Shown: one piece after another, positions 35,969 to 49,623 of the stretch | Position numbering within the stretch: the first letter of the stretch is position 1 | How the letters are laid out: each line of letters starts with the position of its first letter | Origin: Lobosporangium transversale | Taxonomy: Eukaryota | NCBI RefSeq assembly: GCF_002105155.1 | Contig: NW_019029012.1 | Span: forward strand, 124,001-188,000 | Length of the DNA stretch: 64,000 nt | Direction of reading: 5' to 3' | The notes under the pieces: model-generated | Told to the model about the DNA's origin: nothing | Database searches by the model: none | What the model saw: the letters and a program-made list of their open reading frames with translations, nothing else | Program-made: the position numbers and the translations under genes

Positions 35969-38900
35969 TCAGACCTCCCCTGCTTGTTCCGCAAGCTTAT
36001 AGAACAGTGATACATCACGTCTCCTCAACAGTTCCTTGGGCGGTCCATACTCCTTGACTCTTCCTTGTTCCATCACCAGGATCATGTCCGAGTCCATCAC
36101 TGTCTTGATCCGGTGTGCAATCGTAATCACTGTCCGATCTTTAAACGCCTCTCGGATTGTCCGCTGGATCATCTCATCTGTCTCCACATCCACTGCTGCT
36201 GTTGCTTCATCTAACACCAAGATCTTTGTCTTCTTCAGCAGAGCTCTTGCAAGACAGACCAAGGCTCGCTGCCCAAATGAGAAGTTGTCGCCATTTTGTG
36301 CAACCTCAGAGGACAGTCCACCTGCAAGCGACGAAATGAACCCCTTCAGATGAGCACGGTCCAAGGCTTCCCATAGATCAGCATCTTCCAACTCGTGGAA
36401 CGGATCCAGGTTGTCGCGGATAGTGCCAGCAAACAGAGTCGGCTCTTGGGGGATGATGGACAGATGTCTTCTCAAATCTCTCAGACCTAAGGTGGAGATG
36501 TCCACTCCATCAATTGCAATTACACCACCATCAATGTCTCGACCATAGCTGACAAGCAATGAATTGGTATCCAATGGATCAGACGACGATGTTGCCAACA
36601 GTTCCTTCGGAGCAGATGGATCACTAGCTTTGGCCCAATATGAGTCTGCAGCCTCAATTAGCCTGAACAGCGCCAATGTCAGTGAAGACTTGCCTGCACC
36701 TGTTCTTCCAACAACTCCTACTTTTTGCTGAGGTTCTACTGTAAAGGTGGCATGTTTGATACACAGATCAAGTCCCTCTCTATAGCGTGCAGAAAAATTG
36801 TTGAATGAAATCTTGCCCTCGCTTGGCCAGTCTTCTGGAAGATGTACATGGGTCTCCAAAGGCGCCTCAGTTGGCTTATGTGAGTATTCTTGGATCCGCT
36901 CCACACTTACAAACTGATTCTGGACATCCCCGGAGGTTCGTACCAAGATTGCAATTACATTGGATAGATTCAGTGCATAGCTCAATGCTAATCCCACAAG
37001 ACTCGGGTCCAATCGATCTGCATTTAGTACAGCCAACGCAGCGGTCAGAAAGACTGCTAGAGCACAGATCACCTGTGTCCGGATTGTAAGCCATCGAGTT
37101 GTCAGTAGGAACAGATTGCTTGCTTGAGCATAACTGTCTGATCGCCTCTCATTCTCAATAATGAACTGTGTTACCAGTCCTGTCTGGCAACGAATGATGG
37201 ATACACCTGCAAGTGATTCACTGAAGTGCTGATAGAGTGGTGATTTTGCGGCAGATTGGAAACGTTTGAGTTGACTACTAGTGCGGATATAGTAGGATTG
37301 AATTGTGAAAAAAATGATTGCCAATGGGGTTACAGCGATGAGGAATTGTGGGGTTGAAAAAGCAATGACAACAATGATCCCTAGCGACGTGAATATCCAA
37401 CCGAGTAGAGCAGGCAACTGTGCTGGAAGCTCGCTGTCCACAGTTGTTACATCTGATGAAAACCTGTTGACTATTCGTCCCATGCTAATCATCGAAATAT
37501 CACATATACGTTAGGTATGGCATGCTTGATACTATACATGTTTAACAGTCAAAGAGAGTAACTAAGTCAATCTTACGGAGTGGTGTCAAAGAAACTCATG
37601 GGCATGCGCAATACACGCACCAATAACCCATCGTGCAAAGCCTTGGCGCCTTGGATACCACAAGTAACATTGGTCATATAGCTGACCGTGACATCCATAA
37701 CTATAAATATGGCAACCAAGAGCGCATATCCACACAAGTAAAAAGTAGTCGAATGGCGATCCGAGTTTTGATCCTCTTCTTGTGTGACCCAGTAGCGAAG
37801 CCAAAAGCTAGTACTGATCTGGCAACCCTGAGCAAGTGTATATAGAAACAAGCAAATGAAGGCCTGACGAAGCGAACTAACAATGTATTAACGAGTATGA
37901 AATAATCAGTAGCAGATAAATGATTCAATATCAATCACAAGGGTCCTCTATTCTTAAAGAATATGAGCTGAGCCAAGCGAACGAGCGATACTTACATAGC
38001 TTTGGCATACTCCCAGTAGGCCCCCCACCCAACGTTGCCGACTTCAAGATTCTCCATACCAATGAGATCCCCTTTGGGCTTTGCGGTGCTGTTGCTGCCA
38101 GGGTCAGCCACGGCAATATCTGTATCCCGTTTAGCTTTGCCGTTTTCAGACCTAGCTTCCATCGCATCATCAGGTTGCTTTGTAAATACTTCTCCAACTT
38201 TGGCTGAAGTAGTGTCATCGATGTCAATATTGGATTTGGATACCATCCGCTGTTGTTGCTCATGTTCTAGCGCCAGAAGTTGTGCCTGCTGCTTCTTCTT
38301 TTCTTGAACTGAATAGTCTGTAATCAGTTGATAGAACGCTTCCTTGGCTCGCATTAGCTCTTGGTACTCTCCTGTCTCGGTGACTCTTCCATCATTTAGT
38401 ACTATGATCTGGTCTACATATTCCAAATGGTGGATCCCATGTGTCACTAGTAGCCTGGTCTTGTCCTTCAAGAGTCCATTAGGCCCAATCAAGTGCTGCC
38501 ACAGATGTTGATCTACATGAGCATCCACAGCGCTCAAAGGGTCATCTAGCAAGTAAATATCTGCATCTTGATAGGCTGCGCGTGCCAATGCAATTCGTTG
38601 TTTCTGGCCTCCTGATAGATTTATTCCACGCTCCCCAATTTCTGTCGAGTCGCCTGCTGGGAGCATCTCGATATCTGGAATGAGTCCAGCAGCCATGATG
38701 ATGTGATCATATTTATCTTGTATAAAGGGTTTGCCAAATAGAACATTGTCCCGAAGAGTCGCATTGATGATCCACGCTTGCTGCGGAACATATGCCAGGT
38801 TTCCAAATACTCTGACAGCACCTTGGAGCTTGTACATTTCTCCGATTATGGCAGAAAGCATTGAGGACTTGCCTTGGCCAATCCGTCCGACAATAGCAGT

Positions 38901-41900
38901 CAAGTGGCCACGAGGGATCTGTACAGTAATATTCATGAGAGTAGGGCGAGCAGGCATAGATGATGTGAACGTAGAGTATGCTGCTTGCGACGTGGAGCCC
39001 AGTAAAGGCTGTCGCGCTGCCTGTTCCTCAGGTAGCTCCGCTGTTATCTCAGCAGTAGTAGCAGCAGCAGCCACATCAAAGCCTTTCTCTGGCACTCTTT
39101 CCCATGTAAATGTTCCGTTCTCAATCTCGACTGCTACCCATTTTCCATCCACAGTCTTTGAAGAAGGAGAAGCCAGAGTCGATGATGCCGCAGCTAGTTC
39201 TGCAGGTGAATCTTGAGGGCTATACCGCTCCACTGCTGTGGAATCGATTTCTTCAAGCAGTAAAAACTTTCGAATTCTGCCATTGGCACTTCTCAGCATG
39301 ATCACATGTGAAATAGCCTGCGGGACCAGGCCCATGGGACGACTCATTGTTGTGAAGAGGGCGATCCCGACAAAGACAATCTCAGGAGTTACTTTGGCAG
39401 GTGTGAAGCCAGGTCCTCCCCAATAAGCATAAACAGAGAATGTTGCAAGCGCGATCAACAGGATGGCGGACGAGAAGACGATTACCAAAAAAGCGCGGAC
39501 AGTGGCCAAGGCCCTCTGTGCACCAAGTTCTTGAGAGCGTAGACTGTCAATTTTTCGATGGAAGGCATCTTCCCTGTGAAATACATTTGTTGGACAAGTG
39601 GCAATGAAAAGTGAAAGCAATGTAAAAAAAAAAAAAAAAAAAAAAAAAATAGGGTGCACGTCAACAACTTTGTCTTGAGAATGTGTAAAGAGGTTTTTTT
39701 TTTTTTTTTTCTTTTTTCCTTCTTAGACGTACCAAGCTTGAAGCTTAACAATCTTGATGTTCGCAAGGATCTCAGTCATAAGTCCTAAGCGCTTATCTGC
39801 GACTTTGAGTTTCTCTCGTTGATGCGAGTGGAGGAGGCCAGCCATCTTAGTCTGGATTGGCATAATGATCGCAAACACTGCCAAACCCGCAACTAAGGAC
39901 CAGCCTAGCAGCCGATAGAGTAAGAAAACAGCGATTGCAATCTCAAATGGGATAGTGAGCGTCAATGGTAGGAAATTAGGGGCCACCATCCAACTCTCAG
40001 CATCAACGGCCATAAGATTGCCTAACAGATAGACAGAGTGATAAGTAAAGAGTCAACACCATTTCATATCTTGAATGCATCAACCAGGCTATCAAGAGCT
40101 CAATTGTAGGGCGGCGGGACTAAAGACTTACTGATTTCACCTAATGTCGATTTACTCCTTGCGTGTGGTGACAGCTTCAACGACTTTCTGTAGATCATAG
40201 CTACTAAAGCACCGCGGATCTCAATACCCAAATACGAGCACGCATTCGAGGACATGGACAGGAACAATCCACTGAAAAATGTCCCTGCAAAGATTCCTAC
40301 TGAGATTAAGATGCCATTGGCGACCGCAGGGGGCGGCAAATGTTCTTTGCGAGCCTCAGAATAATCTGCAAATAATCGTAATAGGTGACTAAATAAATAA
40401 ATAGGGACATACCAGAGCGTATAGCTCAATAGACGGACGGCCATGGCAGAGAAAATACGCCACTTGTATGCATATAATACTGTGAGAATTAATGATGGGC
40501 TTCCTTTGACTGTGATAGCGTCTGATTCGAAGTACATTTTGCCGCTAACTAGCTCTTCCTTGTTCTTGTTATCCTTATTTTTGCTCTTTTGACGCCTGCT
40601 GCGTTTCTTTCGGTATTGTTCTAAGCGTCTTTCCCATATAGCTGAAACCACCTCATAATTCAAGTGGGTTTTTAGGGCTGCCGGCATTGGTTCTTCCACG
40701 TCCTTGGGAGTCAAGATCTTTCTGGCACCGAGGGACATCATAGGCTGTGCATAATGGAAGATCAGTCTCGAAAATAGATTTGCTTGGTCCATCCTAGACA
40801 GATTCTCCTGCTCACGGCTCACGCGTTGGACACGAGTGTGACCTCTAGGCAAGGCTTCAAAGAAGAATGCGAGCGCGATGGATCCAGTGAAGGCGAGAAG
40901 GTATCGTAGCGGCTCTAGTTTGAAGTCAATGATAGGAGGTGGGCCTGGTTTCCCGTTGGCGACAATAGCATTGTTGATATTGTATTCCAGTTCTACATCT
41001 AGGACGTTGAGCGGAGGGATATCGAAGCCATCATTCAGGATAAAGAGTGAGAGCAAGCTGCCTAGAAGTGTCACCAAGTAGTAGAGGAACAAGTAATCTG
41101 ATGACCGAACCTCGAAGCGATGCTCGTTTGTATTCAAAGCCATTGCTGTTGTCTGCACAAGTATAAGAACGAGATATTGTAAAAATAAAATAAAAATAAA
41201 AAAGGGCTAGGTTAGATTCTTGAGCCAATTGCAGTTTTCAGTTGTTCTACAATGCGTATCTTTAAGATACTTAGTATCCCACATCCTTGATCTAATCCGA
41301 TTTCCTGGCGCTCTAAACAAGAACCGTTGCTTAGATAAGCACGCCGTGCGCAATATTAAAAAAAATATTAAAAAAAAAGCGGCATTGACCCGTGAGAACC
41401 AAAAAGGATCTGATTGATGCTTCTACCCATGAATCCATTTAAAATAAAAGTCATTATCTCGGTTTTGGCTCCTTCCCCAATTGGAATCCACTTCCTTAAA
41501 AGCTTGCTCCCAAGCCAAGCTCCAAAGTGAAATTGAAATCGACAAAAAGGAGTTGAAAATTTTCTTTCCATGTGGAAAGTGATGGGAGGGTCACACACAT
41601 ACACACACCAAAAACACACACATGTACACATGTAACAACAAAGAAGTTGTATTTCATCATGCATTATTTGCGATCTTTTTAAAATCTAAACATCTCAACA
41701 ACAAAGTAGTCCTTATGCCGCAAAGAAGTCGAAAAAAAAAAAAAAAAAAAAAAAAAAAGATACTTTGCATAGCATAATATCCATCTTTTTAAGCACAGCA
41801 TATCCATGACTACTACTCATTTATCGTGAGATATTCTTCACATTGAAATAGATGTTATAGATGTCATGAATATCTTGGATGACCAATACGTATCACAGTC

Positions 41901-41904
41901 TTGT

Positions 41905-41935
<31 letters not shown>

Positions 41936-42332
41936 CATCTGCTGATATTTTCCCTCAAGGGTAAGAATGGAATATAATGCAATTTTTTTTTTTTTTTTTT
42001 TTTTTTTTACGCACCCAAGCAAGCCACACCCACATGGCACTGCCAAGAAGGCCATCAGCAGAGGCTATATAAGGCCCAGTAGCCAAAGTAAATGCTAGAC
42101 CCAACAGAGAAAAGCAAGCAAAAAGGATGAAGAGCTGGGTAGGCCAATAGATCAAGCCCGTTCGGCCATAAGGATGTGGGGTCTTGTTATGTTTCAACCA
42201 CCGGATGCGGGTAATAAAAATGACTGTGGCAATCATGGCAGGACAGCCAAGAGTGAGAAAATGGCCTCCATGAAGCATCAAGAACGTTATCCATTCCTGA
42301 GCAGGATCATTGGGTCGTCGGGAAGGACGCAT
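35969..42332 (-). CDS. ABCC (MRP/Ycf1-like) ABC transporter, copy 2
   Basis: Same 6-exon layout as copy 1, offset ~10.1 kb (ATG 42332, exon 1 to 42015, exon 2 from 41152, last exon 37484-35969). All Walker A/B and signature motifs are intact. Confidence 0.95.
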
Positions 42333-42876
42333 TGGAGCGAAGAAGTAATTGGTAAAACAAGGTCAATGTAAGGTCAGCAACAATGGATTTGTGATGTTTA
42401 TATGATCGTCTATGGAGTGAAAGAAAAAGAAGGGAAAAAAAAAGAGTGTACAATGGGTATAAATGGTATACAGAAACAGAAAAGTAAGAGGGTCCGAGAA
42501 GGTGGACGATGGAGTGGAGGAAAGGAAGGAGTAAAGAGTCGCAAGGAAAGTCAAAATGAATTTATTTCGATGCCAAATGTTTTGTTCGTTGTAATTTTTT
42601 TTTTTTTTTCCCAGATATGGGATGGTGTGTAACAAGCTCTTTCCTTCCCCTTTTGTAATCTCAACTCACTTGTGTAGACATGTACGTACAACTGCCGTGC
42701 AGGTTTCAGAGATTTTCACCCTTCCCCCTCCTCCATCATGCAAATAAACACACCTTTCTCTCTCTTCTCTCCTTCATACTCTGTCTCTGTTGTTTATGTG
42801 TGTGTTACCCATGGCATTAGACGCACGGTCCAAACTAAAGAAGCTGTTTTTTTTTTTTATTTCAAAATGTAATTCT

Positions 42877-44562
42877 TTACAACTTAAAGTCAACGCCTGT
42901 AAACTCAACACTCTTTTGCCACAGCAAATCCTGTTGCTCTAAATCATTTACAGCCGGATTTGGTTCTCTAGGGGCCTGGTCGAAAAAGTATTCACCGCTT
43001 GTGCTCTCCAACTCATGCCCAGGAGGCGCCAAGGCTAGATAGATAGAACTCATAGCTCCAAACAATGGACTACGGAATACAAGCGCCAATGGAGCTTGTA
43101 TCGGACCCAGATACTTGCTGCTTCGGAAGAGTTCAGTATGGCAAGTGCCTGGATGGCACCCATTGATTGTGATCTTGGAACTGGGTGCTTGCTCACGGAG
43201 TCGACGATCCAGTGCCTTGATAAACAACATGTTGGCCAACTTTGAATATGAATAATGTCCAAGACGAGAGTAACCCACCGAGGACTGAAGACGGTCATAA
43301 CGGATGTTGCTTGACGAAAACATGGCTCCTGATGTAAGGATCACAATGCGGCCTTGTTCAGCCTTGTTCAGCTGCTGAAGTAACCCCAAGGTCAAAACAT
43401 AATGACCCAAATGGTTCTGATTGATTCCAAAGAAAAAAAAAAGACATTAAATAAACCTCTTATCAACTCGCACATATCCTTTGAACTCATCATGGACAAA
43501 GTGCAGCTGAAAAAAGTGTTCTTACCACACCAAACTGCATTTCATATCCATCCTTGGTCAACATAAAAGGAATATCCATCACTCCAGCATCTGCCAAACG
43601 TACAAAAAAAAAAATTTAAGCAAGACAGAAGTGTAAGTATACGTTGCCACGTGCAAATTCGAGACACCATGTTTAAAAATATTAAATAACGTACTGTTGA
43701 CAAGGACATCCAAGTGAGGATAGTTCAAGTCCTTGAAATCGCGTATGAAAGCCTTGATGTTCTCCTGCGATGACAGGTCCAGGGACATGACAATGGCCAT
43801 ACCTTTGATTCCAGTTGACTTTTCGATCCTGTCAACAGCTTCCTGGCCCTTTCCAACAGATCTACATGCTGTTACAGTATTTAAAAATAGCACCAGGAAT
43901 GAGTAAAAAATAAAAAAATAAAAATAAAAATAAAAAAAAAAAGGTATGAATATTTTACGATTGCTTCTATTCTCTTTTAATCTATTTTGCAGTTATAATA
44001 CCCGCTTTCTCATCTTTAACAACGTTCATTAAGCCATATCAATTCTTTTTTAAAGAAAAGGACGAATTCTCTTACCGATGATGGTCAAGTAACCTGCCTC
44101 GACCAATGCCTTGGCAGTTTCATATCCAAGACCAGTGTTTCCGCCTGTAACAAGGGCTATACGTGTCTTCCCAGCATTTGCTGCTTTAGCCTGGTCAATC
44201 CAAAGCTGTCGACGTCTCGTTGTCCGTGACTTTAGATCCGGCTGCTTTATGAATTGCCAAATATTTAATGTGCACTCCAAAACACCTTTTAACAAGAACA
44301 AATAGAGTAACGAAGTTGCGATCAGTGATCGATTAGAAGTGGAAAAAAAAAAAAAAAAAAAGTAAAAGTAGAAGGGAAAAAAGGGGAGAGTGCATCCATG
44401 AAGGTGGAAAAATATATTTCCAAGTCTTTCAGTTTGTTGATCCTCACCAACTGCTGCTGTCAGCACTGACAATTTTCGCCAGCTCTGTGCCTTTCTTGCG
44501 AGTTTGAGCAAGAGTTTATCATACAATTTGGCTCTTGGTGGAGCAACAATGTCGGTTGTCAT
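42877..44562 (-). CDS. Short-chain dehydrogenase/reductase, retinol dehydrogenase/WWOX-like subfamily
   Basis: ATG at 44562 (MTTDIVAPP...), intron 44447-44286. Motifs: ALVTGGNTGLG (TGxxxGxG), ACRS, LDLSS, LDVLVN-NAG, DGYEMQFGV-NHLGH, YSYSKLAN (YxxxK), HPG, GEYF. Confidence 0.92.
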
Positions 44563-45610
44563 TCGGGTGATTGCGTAGTGCTTTTGCAAATAGTAAATGA
44601 TTAGGAAGAGGGAGATGAGAAAGGGGAGTAATGTCTGCATGAACAAATGAATCGTTTGTTTATAATTGAAGAGAAAATAAATAAAAAATAAAAATTGGGT
44701 TTCGCCTTCTGTTTAAAAACTTTTTTTTTAAGTATCACAGGCCGATTGACATTGCCGATCTTGGGGCTGAGGAGGGTCACACAGACTTGTGTTTCTGCAT
44801 CGCCATCGTCACCTCTGCCGATCAGCCGTCGGGTCATTTGCTCTTCCTACTTTTGATCGTGTAACTTTGAAGGAGTAACGTACTCAACCCGTTCGCCACT
44901 CTTGGCTCATTTTTTTGTTTTGGAGATCATATCTCATAATGTTGTGCGCCAAACCCACAATATTACATAGAATTGCGCGTTGACCACTTCGTTCGGTCAT
45001 TCATATCACATTATCAGCCTGGGCCATCTCATCATCATTTTTGATTACTTTTACTACTTTATGCTGCACCATAATTGATGTCTTTCTGTAAGGCGACTGT
45101 CCGGGCTCTATATGAAGTCGTATAAACATCTGAACATTACCACATGTTATTGATTATCCTGCGTTCCTTGAACAATGATTTTAACATATTCCTGCACTTT
45201 CCCAAGGGATGTATCAGTGTTTTGACAAACATGTGTCCTTTGATGGCTATGTTACAACCCCTGGATCGAGAGAATGCTGGGAATATGTGAAAAGCGGGAT
45301 TATATGTGTATTTACTGATAACTGGCGTAACTTCAGAAAGCTTAGCTCAGAGAACAAGCTCTGCATCTTCCAGTACACATAAGAGACGAGAATATCTATT
45401 CTGCTTCTCCATAGCCACCGTAACTATATTAGTCTCTTAAGCATTATTTTGTATCACATTTTGAGAGTTGGCTGGAAATACAACAGTCGCCTAAGCATTC
45501 TAATTCTTTTAATAATATACTGTACATCTATTTTCTAGTTGTCCAAGAAATAATATATTTGGGTCATGACATCCATCCATTAATCCGGTACTCGATCCTT
45601 TTACTCATTT

Positions 45611-47356
45611 CTATTTTGCTGCCCACAAACCTACAAGCGACCATCCTAACACGCATGGAATACCCCACACACAGTAGCTCCAGAACAGTACCGCTGCCAT
45701 ATCATTCTCGAAGAATCCCTTAATCTGACATAATTGAATAATATTGATGGCGGTTGGAGCAGCCACAATCAATACAAGCGTCAATGTAAATGTCGGGTCC
45801 ATCATCAATACTGGTGAAAGCGACGCTGGGCGGAATATTATGGCTGGTAAGCAAATCAAAGGAACAATCAACATTCTCGCAACTAAAGAGAATGCCACTG
45901 GAGTAAGCCATTTGAACCGATGGCCCATCAAAGATAGTTCGGTTGAATCATTGTAAAATGTAATATGTGATCCTAAAGGGGGAATCTCATCTTCTTCATC
46001 CTCTTCAAAATTGTCGGGCTGGAGTAATGTTGTTGCCGAGGAAGCGTGTGATCGTGTTGATCCAATCCCATTTTGTCCATAGCCATCCCTATGTCCAGGA
46101 TCTGTAAGATGCGGTACATGTACACGGAGCCATTCAGGTTCTCCATTGCGGCCACGGTGATCCTCTTCTTCTTCAGTTGAACTTCCGGAGTCATCGCCTT
46201 GATATCCATTAGGAAAGATGGAGGGCGTACTAGCGCTGCGACGCCTTTGGAGCTGAGCAGGCCTAATTGGTTCCTCTGAGGAGTCTGATGAAGCTGCGAA
46301 TTGGACTACTTGTGCACCAAGGCACAACAAGATCATGGGAATAGCCGCTGCTCCGCAGCCCTCAATCGGATGAATCACAAACGCATAGATCTTTGACTCT
46401 GGGCTCATGAACAACTCGTGCAAAGCCGGCACCAAACCAATCACAAGAGCAATAATTGCAGTCAATAAAGGAGGTGTTAAGACCTGTTGAATCCTATCAA
46501 AGACAGTCGTCGCCTTTTGTTTTAGCATAGTCTTTGTAGACCGTCGTCGATGACAATGTTGGATTTTGCGTGTTCCCCAAGCCAAAGAGAACCTCTTGAC
46601 GGTTCCAGGGATTGAGGGTAAATGTAATTGTGTGTGGGTTGAAGAAGAGTTCTTTGGCCAGTATTTGGACTGAAAGACTGTCGAGTGCCCATCGCCGCCA
46701 TCCTCTTCCATGTTATTGTCCATATAGCCCTCATGTAGCGTCCTTATGGACGAGCCACTGCTCAATATCGCATTATTTGAAGATGACCCTAATAGAGTTC
46801 CATCCATATTAATTAAAAGACCTCCAGATTCCATATTAGATTCGGGTTGCTCAAGTTGACGGTGATCTGCTTCATGAACCTGGTCTGTGTCTAACAATTC
46901 AACTTGTTCTTGTTGCTTTCCATGATCCTTGGGTACTAGTAATGTGAACCCATAAGACCACCGGACTAAATTTCCAAAGATAGCATAGAATAAAATGTAA
47001 GAGATTCCTCTAGCAGCGACCTGTTCTTTTGTATCCTTCTCATCCCGAAACAGCTGACTTCCTGCGGCACTCAATGCTAGGGACTGAAGTAGCGCCATGG
47101 GTAGAGAGTTTGTGTTGGAAAATAGAATCGAGGCTTTGACAAACTTTTCCTCATCCGAAGAGAAGCGAAGAAACCGGGACCCAATACGGGCTACAATCAA
47201 AGAGACGCCCGAAAAGATGAGATAAAATACTGGAATGGGCCAAAAGGCTTTGAACTGCTCCCAAGTGATGGTGGATGCGATTTTTGTAAAGAGCAGACAT
47301 GGTGTCATGAAATAAAGGTTGACTTGTGATATTGCCTAAGTCGGTGGGTGATATTA

Positions 47357-47394
<38 letters not shown>

Positions 47395-47873
47395 GTGGTC
47401 ATTAAGTGATCCAAAGGCATCAATATCCTATTCTGCTTATGGGTATATATCTGTATAACATATCCAAGCAAAGCATACCTTTTGAGCAGACTGACTGAGG
47501 TATCCCGTTCGAGAGAGAATGATACCACAGGCAACGACGACCAGGACCTGACTTACAGCCTAAAATCAGTTTAGATCGGCGATCCAAATTACGTCAGCAG
47601 AGAAAAGAATGAAACTAACGTTATATATCAAGCACGGCGAAATAAAAACGACGAAAACGAAAACATTGTTCCGAAGAATAGGAATGAATGACAAAGAGGG
47701 GAATGCTAAATCAACTGCGTGGCAATACACAAATACATAACAGGCTCTAACAAAGTCGCCTTACACTGAGCGCAGACAGCAACACAGCACTTATGTGGAA
47801 TAATCATGTCCAATTGAGAAGACGTAGAAGGACAAGGAAAGAGGGCGAGAGACGAGGAGGGAACATGCAATTC

Positions 47874-47904
<31 letters not shown>

Positions 47905-48159
47905 CCTGTCCGTGCTTTTCCGTTACTGAGTCAACAGTCGACGCCGACAAAACCAAAGGACAGATAAAACTCCATTCGAGAAAGCTGTGCTTTTGAATCT
48001 TTGTATAATCTTGCTCTGTGATTTCTCAGACTGTCATCTCTTGAATTTTGTGTTGGTATGAATAGGCTGTTTGTTGCTATGCATAAAGAGTCCAGACATG
48101 GTTCTCCAATGTCTTCTTCTTACCTCTGCTGCAGCTCCTGCAAGTATAAGCCAACTCAT
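45611..48159 (-). CDS. Auxin efflux carrier (PILS / Mem_trans) family membrane transporter
   Basis: Exon 1 48159-48124 (MSWLILAGAAAE), exon 2 from 47559 (AVSQVLVVVACG...AQK), then AISQVNLYFMTPCLLFTKIA...FSNTNSLP...RWSYG...PPLLTAIIALVIG...AAIPMILLCLGA...RMLIVP...DP...APTAIN. Two transmembrane bundles are separated by long hydrophilic loops. Confidence 0.9.
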
Positions 48160-48904
48160 GAAAACAAGATACTATATGCTGTGTATATACTGTGCACAAA
48201 AAGAGAAAGGAGAGGGGAGAGAATAGGTGTATATGCAAATATGTGTATATATGAATGAGCAATAAGTAAGAAGGAATAGGGAAGTTGTCTTGAAAAGAGA
48301 AAGGAGAGAGAAAAGAGAATGTTGCCAAGAAAGGTTGATATGACGAAATTCAACAATGAGATGCACAGCACAGCACAGACAATTGTCGTAATAAAAATAT
48401 CGCCAAATAACCAGATAAAGGATGAAAGATAAGGAAGGTGAAAATGTCTGACAAGGATGAATTCTTGTGAATGAAAATAAAAAATAAAAAAAAAATAAAA
48501 AAAAATGAATAAATGAGCGAGATGCTGAATAGAGAAAGAAAGTAAAGCAATGAATGAGCCGACACTAAATGAACTGAATGAGTGAAAGAGATAAAGGTTC
48601 TGTTGTGGTACTTTTCACTCGTACACACAAACACAGATAGAAAGTCGATGGCATTAAGACAAAAGTCGAAAGCATTAAGGTTCCACTAGCATTCCTTATC
48701 GCTTAAATGGGCAATCCCCTTTTGGTTTTTTGTTCTTTTGTGACATGCATGGCATTCAGGTGCAACTGCTAGAAATACATCTGGTTTATTTTCATTAGCT
48801 GTTGCATATGCATAAATGCGGTTTATGTGGTGTTATGCGGTGTTATGTGGTGTTTTGTGGTGGATGTTTCGGGCATGTCAAGGATGCGAAATGTAGTTCT
48901 GTGG

Positions 48905-49582
48905 CTAAAGCAACTCATTAACATATACTTTAGCTTTGACTGCATTCGAGAAACCTTCATTGAACTTGTACCAAATTCGGGTCCTCTTCCTGGGCTTCGT
49001 TTCCTGCTCCATCGAAGTAGGAAGCAGCGAAGATGACAACGATGATACGTCCTTTTTGTTTTTTACAATCACTCTTCCAAAAAAATCCACTGCCTCCCTC
49101 TCTTCCTTCAATATATCCATCTCCTGATCACCATCTTTTGATAATGACAGTGTAGCTGTTGACATTGTTGCCGTTATTGTGCTTGCACTTGCATCCATCG
49201 AGGGCGATCCATTTTCCTCTTTTGACTTGACGTCCCTCGCCTCCTTTGCTTCTTCTGCTCTTCGCACTAACTCTACCTCAATCTATTAGAGAATGAAAGA
49301 AGGAACGAGTGGCAGAAAAAGAAAGTCAGAGATTTTGTCTAATGTTCAAATGATATGAAAAGAGTTGATAAAAGGAAAAAAATAAAAAATAAAAAAAAAA
49401 AAAAATAATAACCCGACCTCTTGAGCAATTAATTGTCTGACAGCGTAACGGCTCGTTAGTATGTTCTTGAGCCCAATGCCAGAGAAATCGCCAAGCTTTT
49501 CAATTGAGCTACAAAAAGATACAGGTAATAGAATGTTTCCAGTAAGTATAGTTTTTAGACAAAGGACCTGATCGCATAAATG

Positions 49583-49623
<41 letters not shown>

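Noticed and set aside
25928..39426. Pairs of identical plus-strand or alternative-frame ORFs inside the two ABCC genes
   Set aside because: They are shadows of the ABCC coding sequence, repeated only because the gene is duplicated.
45611..48159. Auxin-efflux-family gene as evidence of plant HGT or an auxin export cluster with the SDR and ABCC genes
   Set aside because: PILS-like Mem_trans proteins are widespread in fungi. The gene has host-type introns, and nothing in the sequence shows substrate or co-regulation.
48812..48862. Short (TATGYGGTGT)n repeat downstream of CTF18
   Set aside because: About four degenerate 10-bp units; an ordinary minisatellite, not telomeric or otherwise informative.
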